64,000 bases of DNA. It comes from Hormiphora californensis. Its lineage: Eukaryota > Animalia > Ctenophora. The stretch spans positions 2,666,001-2,730,000 of the forward strand of contig CM035358.1 in the NCBI GenBank assembly GCA_020137815.1, in the 5' to 3' direction. Position numbers and translations under genes: made by a program. Under the pieces are notes generated by a model. It did no database searches, was not told where the DNA came from, and was given only the letters and a program-made list of their open reading frames with translations. Shown one piece after another: positions 53,401-64,000 of this stretch. The first letter of the stretch is position 1, and each line of letters opens with the position of its first letter.

Positions 53401-56400
53401 AACAAATTTAACCACCGCATAACCCCTGCAGTGTTGGTCGAGTGTACGTGTATAACGGCCATGAAGACAAAGTGGTTAGCAACCCCACGAAACCAGTAAT
53501 CCTAACCGCTCCATCTGTAACCACTTCTGCATTTGGACTGGCCATTGCTCACATTGGTGATATCAATAAGGATAAATACCAAGATTTCGCTATTGGTGCT
53601 CCTTATGAAAACGATTATAAAGGTAAATATGACTGATTGTGAAGCTTTCTTGTGACTAAATTAGGTACCTAGTACAATTGTCTAATGTATCGACTACAGC
53701 TTAGGATTACTGTATACTGATTGGTTGAACAAAAAAGATATATTGAGGTATTACATAGTTGCTCACCCACAGGAAAGTTATACATTTACCATGGTTCAAT
53801 AAATGGAATCAAGAAGACACCAGCACAGGTGATCGACCCGGACAACTTCAAAAACAACCTCGGCGCTAACTTGAGAACTTTTGGGTGGTCTTTATCAGGT
53901 AGGTTCACATAAATTACCAAGTATGTTACATTGTCTTATATGGTGGTCTTATATATCTGCTTGAACACGCATAAATTTGCTCGATGCTATTGTAGAGAGT
54001 TCGGCAGGCGAAACCCTTATTTCCCTCCAAATTCCAAAGAATTACATTTATCATTCACAGTTCAAACCGGAGCGAAACTTTAATCTCATTTGCATTCTCT
54101 GTCCCACCAGGAAATAAAGACATGGATAACAACGACTATCCTGACCTGGCTATAGGCTCATACAGTGCAGACAGGGTGGTTTACCTGAGGTCTCTTCCGA
54201 TTGTGGACCTTGATATTGACATCAAAATACCTTCCACACCCGTCGATCTGAATGTGAGTGAGAACCAAGGTTTTGCAATTTTTAGCTGAATAAATATCTG
54301 ATAAAGTCATTTCAGCCTAACTCAGTCTCTCCCACTCACTTCTGCTTTAAACCTAACCAAGTTTCCTGACCCCTTCACCCCTCCCCAGTCGAAGAGCAAA
54401 TACCTTGACGGAAAGAATTTCCCTGGAACCACCCTCCAGATCTGCTTCACTCCCTCCAACCCCACCCTCTCCTCCAAACAATACTCCATCCAGTACACCA
54501 CTTTCCTGGATTACAAGAAGAGTTATGCTCCCCGGGCCTACTTCCAAACCTCCCTCACCGAAGATAAGGAGGTATTTTCAGATCCGATGGGGGGGGGGGG
54601 GGCTCCTTATACTTTCAGATCTCCCTGGTTTGCAACCCCCTGAAATAAGCATTTTGGGCCAGGGCACAAACATTTTACTGTGTGTATTTTAATTACACAG
54701 TTTCCGTAAGGCACCTCTGAACTTCCAGCTCACTATTAATTTCATGGACAAATAATTCTCACACATCTCCCCTTTCCAGTTTTCTAAAACGAGTAAAATC
54801 ACGATTAACACGGCATCCAGTACACCCACCTGCTCAGACACCTGGACTGTCTATCTAAATCCCGATATGGTGGATACAAAGAGTTATATTGAAGTGAACA
54901 TGACTGCTTCTCTTGTGGTAAGTCGGATGTGGATTGTCTTAGATTTGTGTGTTAGTTTTCTCACTTTTGGTTTTGAGTTTCGTGTCATCTGGTGGGAATC
55001 TGTGCATCTGTGCAGCTGCAGTTGTCACTTACTTCTAATAAAGTTAGATAATGTTTCACTTACCTCCAGCATATATTGGGTCATGTTGGTGTCATATTTA
55101 GAGGACATGTCATTGTCACACTTATCTAGCCTGATGTGATCTCATCACAAGTGTGTACTGTGTGACTCCACTGTCTCACCAGTCACACTTGTTCATTCTC
55201 TCTTTCTCCCTCTTTCTTTCTTTTATCTCTCAATCTCTCTCCACTCTCTCACCATACCTCTATCTCTCCCCGCCAGAAATCGGACAAGTTTGCATCTCGT
55301 GCTGTGCTCAAGCAGGAACAGGTGACCCGAGCCACAGAGAAGATTGTCATCAAGTCCATCTGTGAGAGTGAGAGCGGAATTTGTCAGTGTGACATTGAAC
55401 TGAGGAAACCTTCCGTCAGGTTGGTCTTAATGTCTCGGTCTTTGAACAACTTTGAATGATGTTTTTAAACATCAAATCGTCCTCCGAGGCTCGTTTTTTC
55501 TTTCAGGGGAACCTTTCTTCAGCCCCGAAGTACCAATATCTCTCTCTACCCTCTCTCTACCATGACATGACCCAATCTCTAGTCACTAGCTCTAATCTCT
55601 ACCATGACATGACCCAATCTCCCAGGTACTACCCGGAAGGCTACCAGAGTATCGTGTTGGACAACGTGAACCAGGTTGTTGTCAAGTACGAGGTGGTCAA
55701 CAATGGTCCTGATAATGCCCATCTCTCTACACTGAAGATGAAACTCCCACCAAAAGTGTTCTTTATCCGACGGGTAGGTGATCAGTTGATTTAGATTTTC
55801 AACATTCAAATGAATACCGAAACAATATCATGTACCAAAAAGAACGAGACAGGCTCACCGAAAGGGGCTTGACCCATTTTTCTCTCTCGGGTTCTTTTTG
55901 GGGTCTACTAAACCTTGATTCTCCACTTTTAGACACCAGTTGATGGCCAATCAGAGACAGATGTTTCACCTATTGCCTGCTCGGAGATAGAGGAAGATGG
56001 AGTGAACTATGTGGAATGTTTCCTACAGGTACATGATAGACTGGGCCGAAGCTGCTTGGCGCTGCATACTGTAAAAAGTTTTCATTTTGCATATTTTTCG
56101 AATGTTACTTTTCTCCCCCTTTTCCCCGTTGACCGCATACAATTGTCTTGCTTACGACTATTATAACTTGAGTTTGTTACAAAATCCTTCCCCCAGGATC
56201 CCCTTGGAGTGGTATCACGTGACAGTTCTGGGAATGAGATCAATGTGTCCAAGTTTGGTATCTCCCTTGACACTACCTCACTCACTGACACCGACCCCAT
56301 TCAACTTGACGCAGAGGTATGTCAATCACACTTTTGTAGTCTTCGTTAGTTTTATGATTTCGATTATTCCGTTGTCAGTCATTTCAGACTCACATGTTCA

Positions 56401-58196
56401 ACATTTTGGTAACTCCCTTCCCTCTCTCTTCTAGGTGTCTGTTGGATCCCCCAGCGAGGAATCCTCCTCCAACACTAACAACAACGCCCAGTCCCTCACA
56501 CTAAAAGCAGGACGACAAGCCAACCTGGATATCAGGGGAACCGCTGCTACTGAGACCAATATCCTGAAATCAGATCCCTTGTTGTTGCAGGACGATGCCT
56601 TCTTGAGAAGCATCAAACTTGAGGTGTGAAATAGGGAGGAGAATGGCCGTGCAGGGGGTCAAGTTTGATTTCTTGGTTGTCGATTTTGAATTTTCAGCAT
56701 AAAAAGAACTTACCATCATCAAATGTCTGGTTCAGGTGCGTCACACAGTGTCAGTATTGATTGATGAAAAAGAGAGCACTGACACAGAGGAAAGTGGGAT
56801 CAAGGATATCGTGGTTCAGATTAGTTGGCCCCTCAAAACAGCTGCTGGCAAATACCTCCTCTATCTCAGTGAGGTAAGTGTGTAATAAGGGAGGGGAGAG
56901 AAGGCCAAAGAACAATCACTTGACGCTCCCAGGAACTCCTTGAATCGTTTATGTTTGTACACTGTCGTATGTGTAATGTGGGTAGTGTAGCTTGAACAAC
57001 GAATGTCAATGTCCACGGATCATCTCCCTATTGTTCTAGTAAATTTGATCAAGACAATACCACACTGATTCCTTACACACTCCATCTCCACACCTAATAC
57101 ACCCGTGTGTGGATTAGAATTCACACAGCTATCTAGCCTCTTGAGTCTTGAGTCTGTTTCTACTTCCACATCGAATACTATACCGATTATCGAATAATCT
57201 CGTTTACTCTTTCTATTCCTCTGGAATACACAATATTAATGATAGTAAAAAACATGCGCATTTACATGATATGCACCATCAGTAATATCTTTCCTTATCT
57301 CTCTCACATGGTCAACTTCCCTGTATATTTCGCTGCATTATTAACACGTGCTGCTGTATTGTTGGATTATGTCTTCCTTCTCTAACTACTCATTGTAATA
57401 TTTCCATGTCTTCTTAGGTATAGACATATCGGACAGTCGACACACTGCACCTCCATAGCTGTAGGGCTCACCAACTTACAACATCTCATACAGCGACCGA
57501 ACTCTTTTTTGCAGAAAATGAACCTCAACTCCCTCCATTTCCCAATACATCAAGTCTCAACTCCCTTAAATTCCCAATAACTCCTTCTTTTAATTTCAGG
57601 TGTATGTGAAAGATAACCAGCTAAAAGATATATTTGATGTGGATTCCCCTCTCATTGACCCTGATTGTCTCTTCACGTACAGTGACAGCGGGGCAGAATG
57701 CAAGAAACAATCACCCGAATCTGCTGCATCTACCACTGTCGAGGAGGAAGAGGAGGAGTCAGCAGTTTCATCGGATGAGGACGCCCCTCGGAAACAATCC
57801 GCCGAACTAAACACGAACTGTGCATTGAGTGATGAGGGCTGTGTGAAGTTCAATGTCACCATCAAGCTCCTCAAATCAGGATCCATCAACATGAAGAGTC
57901 TAGCATTCGAGATGCGATCTATTATCTGGCTACCCTACTATAGACGGCCTCGGTGATTTCAACTGTCACCTCCACTGCTGAGATAGTGTCGGTAGGCCAG
58001 AACCTGGTGATTCCCCCCGGATCTGAAGTTGCCATGAAGACTAGGATAGCGTGGGAGAACAAGCAAGGAAAAAGACATTCTGTGGATTATTGTCGGGTCT
58101 GTTATTGGCGGTCTTGTTATTCTTGCTGTCCTAATTGTGATCTTGTGGAGGGTCGGATTCTTTAGGAGAAAGATGCCGCCCAAGGAAGGGTATTAG
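50488..58196 (+). CDS. Integrin alpha subunit, paralog 2 (apparent frameshifts in the last exon)
   Basis: [21 protein letters not shown]; FG-GAPs ([54 protein letters not shown]); TM helix and WRVGFFRR tail; stop at 58194-58196. Confidence 0.88.
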
Positions 58197-58870
58197 AGAC
58201 AATTATACACACAACAAATTAGTAGGAAAAAAGAAGGAGTTTTTGTTACCCTTTCTCCGCCTGTGTTTTTTATTATTTCAGTTATGGAAGATCAGAATAG
58301 AGCGAGAATAGAGACAGACAGAGAAAGAATCTATATTTTGTTTTAGTTAGCGGATCAGGGTCAGGGTTTTGTCATGGGATTCCACGCTGGGACGTGTCAC
58401 ATTTGGGTTAGAAAAAGGCGAGAGTTCAGGTTATGAAGTGGAAGTGGAAATTATATTGATCGTTTTCTAATAAACGATTGAAAATTAGAGTTTATTTACT
58501 GCAACATCTGTGTGTGTGTTATTTAAATGTTTTTATCAAAAGTATATTTTTACGGTCCCAACTATTTACTACTCCGAACTATGCTTGTTATAGAAAAAAG
58601 AGAAAAGTTCCCCTGTTTGTTATTTACATAGTACATATCTCCGAGTTTTTGTCCGAGTATTTTTGTGTTTTTTTCGAGCTTTCTCACTGCAGTTATATAA
58701 ACGGTAGAAATGAAGTGTACATATTTTGCATAACCATTATTATTCTCCTAGAGCCCATCTCTCGACCCTATATTAATTGTTTTATTGACAACAATATCCC
58801 GTGTTTTTTATCTTGTCCCTCCAACTAAATCAGTTATCCACCTGTGTAGCTTGTGTACATCTGAGCAGCC

Positions 58871-59227
58871 ATGACGATCGCGGAGAACTGGGGAGATATG
58901 GTGGATGAAACGGAGTTTGGTAAGTGTGTGTGATGACGTCACTCAAAGTAACATTGATGACGTCATGCAGTACAAGTGTGGGACACATTTGCCATTTGAT
59001 ATACATTGCTTGGTACAACATTGGGGTACCCGGTACTGCATAGCAAAGAAGTGAATAGTGAATGGAGAATAGTCTTGGGAAATAGGAGTAGTACAAAAGT
59101 TAGGTAGGAAGCCGTTTTTTCATTGGTCTTGACCTTTTGCAAATCGCATGTGGAGAGAGATGAGGTCGGCGTGTGAGTCTACACCCTGTAATCAAAACAT
59201 TATCCTCTGACCTCTCTCTTACCCCCA

Positions 59228-59305
<78 letters not shown>

Positions 59306-60852
59306 CTCTCTCTCTTTCTCTCCCCCTCTCTCCTCAGTCCTCATCCTCCCACACACACTTGTACACAAACACACTGGATGACAGAACATGTCAGCGCCCT
59401 AGTTCCCCCTGTGACCTTAATCCCTGATTGGTCTACACATATCACGTGACTTGTGTTCCTGGTTTTCATTGGCCGAGATTCACTCATTGAGTGTAGTTGA
59501 GAGTGTGTGTAACTACCACAAACACCCTTCATACTACATCACCCGGGAGGAGCTTGTACAAAAAGGCTTTCGGCACTTTTGGGAATTAGGCGAATCATAA
59601 ACCTGAATTTATTAGATGATTTTAAAGACATGTGTGCTTCAAGAATTTCTGTTGGTAGGGGAAGTAGGAGACACTGTTATATCTTTAACAACTAACTAAC
59701 CATCCTATCTATTACACAGGGTTTCCCGCTCCTAAGGAAATTATAGAGGGAGACCTGAAGAAGGTCGTGTCGTTCGAGGAACGGGACGAGAAAATGATGA
59801 AGGTGGGTTTGTTTGTTTGTTTGTTTGTTTGTTTGTTTGTTTGTTTGTTTGTTTGTTTGTTTGTTTGTTTGTTTGTTTGTTTGTTTATTTGTTTGTTTGT
59901 TTGTTTGTTTGTTCTCCACTATTTCCCACGGTGGTACCAACTGGGTTCGTGTGTATATTGAGGCAGCTGCGGTTTCTATGTAGCAACACAGTATACAGCA
60001 CGCACTGTAGATCAGGTTTCTAATGTGATCTTCTGATCCTACATTGAACCACACTTTCATTTCGCCAACTGAAAAATTTAAACACTCAACTATTTAACCG
60101 AGCTGTGTTCAATTGTGGCAGAGGATAAATATCCGGCCATCTTATCTCTCCATCTCTCAGATTACCCGTCACTATATTTTGTTATCCAACAGCCAACATG
60201 TAACGACTAAATCTCTATCTCTATTCTCCCCCCCTCTCCCATCTCTATCCCTTCCCCAGATTACCCGTCACTACAAGCTGTCCAAGGTAAAAGTACCCCG
60301 GGCTGTTGCTGACAGGAAAAAGTGGAAGAAGTTTGGGGACTGTAGCAAGGATGCCCCTGGTATCAACCCCGCTCACAGCATGGTCAGTTGGGGTAGATTC
60401 TGTAGTTTAGGGACGTTTCTGTTTTTAGGTCGAGCACCTTAGTGACCCTATCTATATTTCTACAATCTTATTTCCCTGATGTCTCAAATTGCCTTGCTCG
60501 ACCCTGTCCCAACAACACTCTGATTCTTTTCCTCCAGGTTGGTGACGCTGTGTTCCTGACCCTCGCTACCAAGAAGGATCAGCAGGAGAAGAAGGAAGAC
60601 GATATGGCGGTATGTAGTATCTTTTAGGTTCTATTGTGATGATACCCCCTTCTCTGCTTGTTTATCGAATATTTACATTACATTACATCATAATCCTTCA
60701 TCCTAATCCTAGTCCCTATTTTCAGGACAAGGTTAGTAAGATCAAGGCAAGCGGACAAGGCATGGTCGTGTGCAGGATCTGTAAGGGCGCACATTGGACC
60801 AAGCAGTGTCCCTACAAGGATACCCTGGGAGCTGCCTTGGATGTCCGGGAAG
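58871..60852 (+). CDS. EIF3G: Eukaryotic translation initiation factor 3 subunit G (5' part; RRM exons presumably beyond the window)
   Basis: Exons 58871-58919, 59720-59802, 60260-60382, 60538-60609 and 60726-60852 are in phase. Motifs NWGDMVDE, PAPKEII, AVADRKKWKKFG, CRICKGAHWTKQCPYKD. Confidence 0.9.
59807..59913. repeat. (TTTG)n microsatellite at an eIF3g intron 5' end
   Basis: Tetranucleotide run. Confidence 0.95.
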
Positions 60853-61357
60853 GTAAGAAATCCACCACCGTGCATACTTCGCCAATAAAATAATTCTTGT
60901 TTCAAACCCTGCCATGTATAACTGTAAAATAAGACTATAAAAAGGACGATTCTAACGTCTAGTTAACTTAGTTCCTTTCCTTTGATTTTTGTTGTCGTAA
61001 GACTGACACAAATCATGACCATCAGAACCCACTGTTCAACAGCAGTAGTACGGGTGGGTTTCAGTAGTAGACTATGTTATGCGTGTAATGAGTGTTAGGA
61101 TGACCTTCTAGTGCTGCCACATGTCCACATCTCTCCCTCTTCAGTGTGTCGTATCACTCTCCCTCTACTCACTCTCCCTCTACTCACTCTCCCTCTACTC
61201 TCCCTCCCATCCTCTGTGCCATCTGTAATGTGATATGGGGTGTTAGTGATTGTATCATATCCAATATCGAATGATCACAGTGTTCAATGACTCTCCCTCT
61301 ACACACATACAAACTCAGATTTATACAGTAGTAGCTCCAGTCGATTCTAGAATCTAG

Positions 61358-64000
61358 ATAATAATAATATTCAAACTTATATCCTGCCCATATTCTACAG
61401 GGACAGCAGAGCTTTACAGATGCTGCCACTGGAGGAAACTCAGAGCAGTTAACTAACTCTTAACCCAAATATAGAGACTCAAACAAAAAAACGGTGGAAA
61501 AATCCAAATTATCCGGCTCACATAAGTGGAAAACAGATTAGGCTCATAACAGACCAAAATAGAAAAAACTCGAAAAAAGGCCACAGGATATATGTCACCA
61601 CTGTCACTTCATCACTCCAAATATAGACACAGATCAAATGTTCAGACAACAGATTCTGAACAACTGGATAACTGAAAATCGGAATAAAATTACACACTCG
61701 TGCTTCACTCATGCTGCAAACCCATCGAATAAAGATCAGATAAAAACTTGTCACGAGGTAAGATACAGACCTAAGTACAATACTTACGCTAGACAGTACA
61801 GCGGGATGGGAGGACTAGGTACCGAGAAAAGATGTAGGCTGGAAAAAGGAAAAACAACCGAAACTAGCCTGATCCAAAGGCATCCACAAACAATCTTGTC
61901 TTTAACCCCGTTTTGAAAGATTCCACAGCAGGCCGAGATCGCAACTCAAGGGGGAGTGCATTCCACAGATCTGGCAGGAGAACAGATGGTCTCCTTTTCC
62001 TCAGTTTAGAATTTGCATTAATGCTCGACAGCTTCGGGTACTGGAGCTTATAAGGGTCTGGAACAGCAGTCGATCTGGTACGGCAAGTAACATCAACGAT
62101 ATCTGTAGGTATTTGCTCAATGAGGTAATCTGGAGCACTTCCATGTACAATCTTATAGGCCATGAGACAGGCCTTAAAGATCACCCGTTGCTCCACAGGG
62201 AGAATGTGGGTTTCTCTCATGTAAGGGAGGTAGTCCTCTTGATGACCGTGGAGTCCATAGATAAACCTTATACAAGAGTTGAGCACTTTCTGTAACCGAG
62301 AGATGAGCTTCATTGGCAAACCTCCATAGAGGACATTGCAGTAATCCAAGCGGGATATAACCAGCTGCTTAACAAGAAGGATTCTGGTAGAGAAGTCCAG
62401 GCATCGGTGGACTTGCCATAAATTCCTCAGTAGCATTCCACAGTTTCTTCTGACACTGTTCACCTGACGTTCCAATGTCAGGTTCTCATCCATATAAATA
62501 CCCAGAGTCTTTCCGGTAGTACCTGTGAAGTCAACTGGGTAGATATCTGCATCCCCAAACCTAATACAGGGCTCAAAAGCCAGCTTGTCAATGGCACTGC
62601 TCTTCCCTAGAAGAAGGAGCTCCGTCTTCGACTCATTACACTTCAGCCAATGCTGAACCATCCAAGTCTTGATCTGATCAAGACACTCTTCAACTTTCCT
62701 CCTCGTGATACTCCATCCACTTTCATCAAGAGGGACTAGACTCACATAGATTTGAGAGTCATCCGCATAGAGTTTGATTTTGAGTCCATACTTGTGTACC
62801 AGATCCTGTAGTTCCTCAACATATAAAAGAAACAAAACCGGTCCGAGAAGGGACCCTTGTGGCACTCCACAAATCAAGTAGATAATCTTCGATAGTTCTC
62901 CTCTAACGTTGACTCTGAAGTTCCTCAGTCCAAGATAGCTAGTAAACCACTTGAGTGCTGTTCCTCTTATTCCAAATCTCCTTCTCAAAACATCCACAAG
63001 TTTAGCATGGTCAACCGTGTCGAACGCTGCACTCATGTCCAAAAGGAGTAGAGCTACAACATTTCCCTTATCCATCTCCTGCAGTAGATCATCAAACATC
63101 CCCATGAGTAGAGTTTCACAGGAATGACCAACTCTATATCCTGACTGGTGAGAGTTGAGTAGGTCATTTTCATTCAGAGCCTGATTCAGTTGATCAAGGA
63201 CAACTTTCTCTAGAACCTTAGAGACAAAGGGAAGGTTAGACACAGGACGGTAGTTGGAAAGGCTATCACGATCACCATAGGGGTTCTTGATGGTTGGAAA
63301 AACCAGTGCTTGCTGGAACAATTCTGGAACAATACCTTGACGGATAGAAGAATTGATAATCTTAGTAAAGAGTGGAGCAAAAACTTCCACGCACTCTTTG
63401 ATCAACCATGTCGGTATAAGATCAAGATCACACGTTTTATCCGACATATTCTTAATGATCCTCTTCATCTCATCCTCAGAGACTTCCCTGAATTCCTCAA
63501 GAATACAATCCTTATCCAGGTCCACAAGAGAGTCCACATCCTCCGCAGGAAAGTCCATATCTGCCTTCACTGAGTTCCTGATTTTTTCCACTTTTCCAGT
63601 AAAGAAGTCCGCAAAATCCTCGGCCAGTTTACGATCACAATCCACATCCGGCAACAACACCTCACTGTTTCCAAGTAGTCGATTTAGTTTCCTCTGTAAC
63701 GCTTTGGAATCCCCTTTTGATTCTTCAAGATCTTCTTTCAGATAGTTAGTCCTCGCTTCCTTATCAACTCTACTAAACATCTTCTTCATCACGTTATACT
63801 GCATCTTCGTAACAGGCGTCTTCTTGCTTCTCCAAGTCCTCTCCGCAGTCCGACGTCTTCTTAGCGCATCCCTGACATCATCATTGTCTCTCCACGGGCG
63901 AACCTTTTTCACTTTCTTTCTTCTCTTCAAAGGGACAAAACTATCTACTAACTCCTTGAGTTCTCTTTCATAGATCTCAAACAAATCATCTGGGGACTCC
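61358..64000 (-). mobile_element. L2/CR1-group LINE (family 1) in an eIF3g intron, continuing beyond the window
   Basis: (TTA)n tail, 3' UTR and ORF2 near-identical to 16401-18798. Confidence 0.93.
61864..63984 (-). CDS. LINE ORF2 reverse transcriptase (partial)
   Basis: Uninterrupted 706-aa frame with GVPQGSLLGP and YADD. Confidence 0.95.
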   Translation of the reverse strand: MFEIYERELKELVDSFVPLKRRKKVKKVRPWRDNDDVRDALRRRRTAERTWRSKKTPVTKMQYNVMKKMFSRVDKEARTNYLKEDLEESKGDSKALQRKLNRLLGNSEVLLPDVDCDRKLAEDFADFFTGKVEKIRNSVKADMDFPAEDVDSLVDLDKDCILEEFREVSEDEMKRIIKNMSDKTCDLDLIPTWLIKECVEVFAPLFTKIINSSIRQGIVPELFQQALVFPTIKNPYGDRDSLSNYRPVSNLPFVSKVLEKVVLDQLNQALNENDLLNSHQSGYRVGHSCETLLMGMFDDLLQEMDKGNVVALLLLDMSAAFDTVDHAKLVDVLRRRFGIRGTALKWFTSYLGLRNFRVNVRGELSKIIYLICGVPQGSLLGPVLFLLYVEELQDLVHKYGLKIKLYADDSQIYVSLVPLDESGWSITRRKVEECLDQIKTWMVQHWLKCNESKTELLLLGKSSAIDKLAFEPCIRFGDADIYPVDFTGTTGKTLGIYMDENLTLERQVNSVRRNCGMLLRNLWQVHRCLDFSTRILLVKQLVISRLDYCNVLYGGLPMKLISRLQKVLNSCIRFIYGLHGHQEDYLPYMRETHILPVEQRVIFKACLMAYKIVHGSAPDYLIEQIPTDIVDVTCRTRSTAVPDPYKLQYPKLSSINANSKLRKRRPSVLLPDLWNALPLELRSRPAVESFKTGLKTRLFVDAFGSG

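Overview
Eukaryotic (animal) genomic DNA with short GT-AG introns, microsatellites and many transposons. There are no prokaryotic features, CRISPR arrays or recognisable rRNA/tRNA genes. The repeat style and gene set suggest a marine invertebrate, most likely a cydippid ctenophore (inference, not verified). Splicing exons by hand gives these genes: an SLC22-like transporter (+, 4-4283); a SPICE1-like centriole gene spanning ~29 kb on the minus strand (34208 to ~4905); a C5orf22/UPF0489 gene ending only 125 bp upstream of the SPICE1-like start; two tandem integrin-alpha genes; and the 5' part of eIF3g. Two large SPICE1-like introns host three antisense nested genes: a duplicated pair of secreted F-type-lectin-like genes and a CHST/HNK-1-type sulfotransferase. 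Mobile DNA includes three L2/CR1-group LINEs, hAT and Tc1/pogo-type MITEs, foldbacks, a Helentron/DINE-1-like family and a 5-kb composite satellite. The most interesting signals are: (i) the nested architecture; (ii) lectin paralogs whose exons diverged far more than their introns; (iii) an in-frame A_AAA_AAC slippery site linking LINE ORF1 to ORF2; (iv) covarying hairpins in the Helentron-like family; (v) operon-like C5orf22-SPICE1 spacing; (vi) repeated tandem duplication of splice acceptors. All alignments, counts and family assignments were made by eye or from memory and need computational confirmation.
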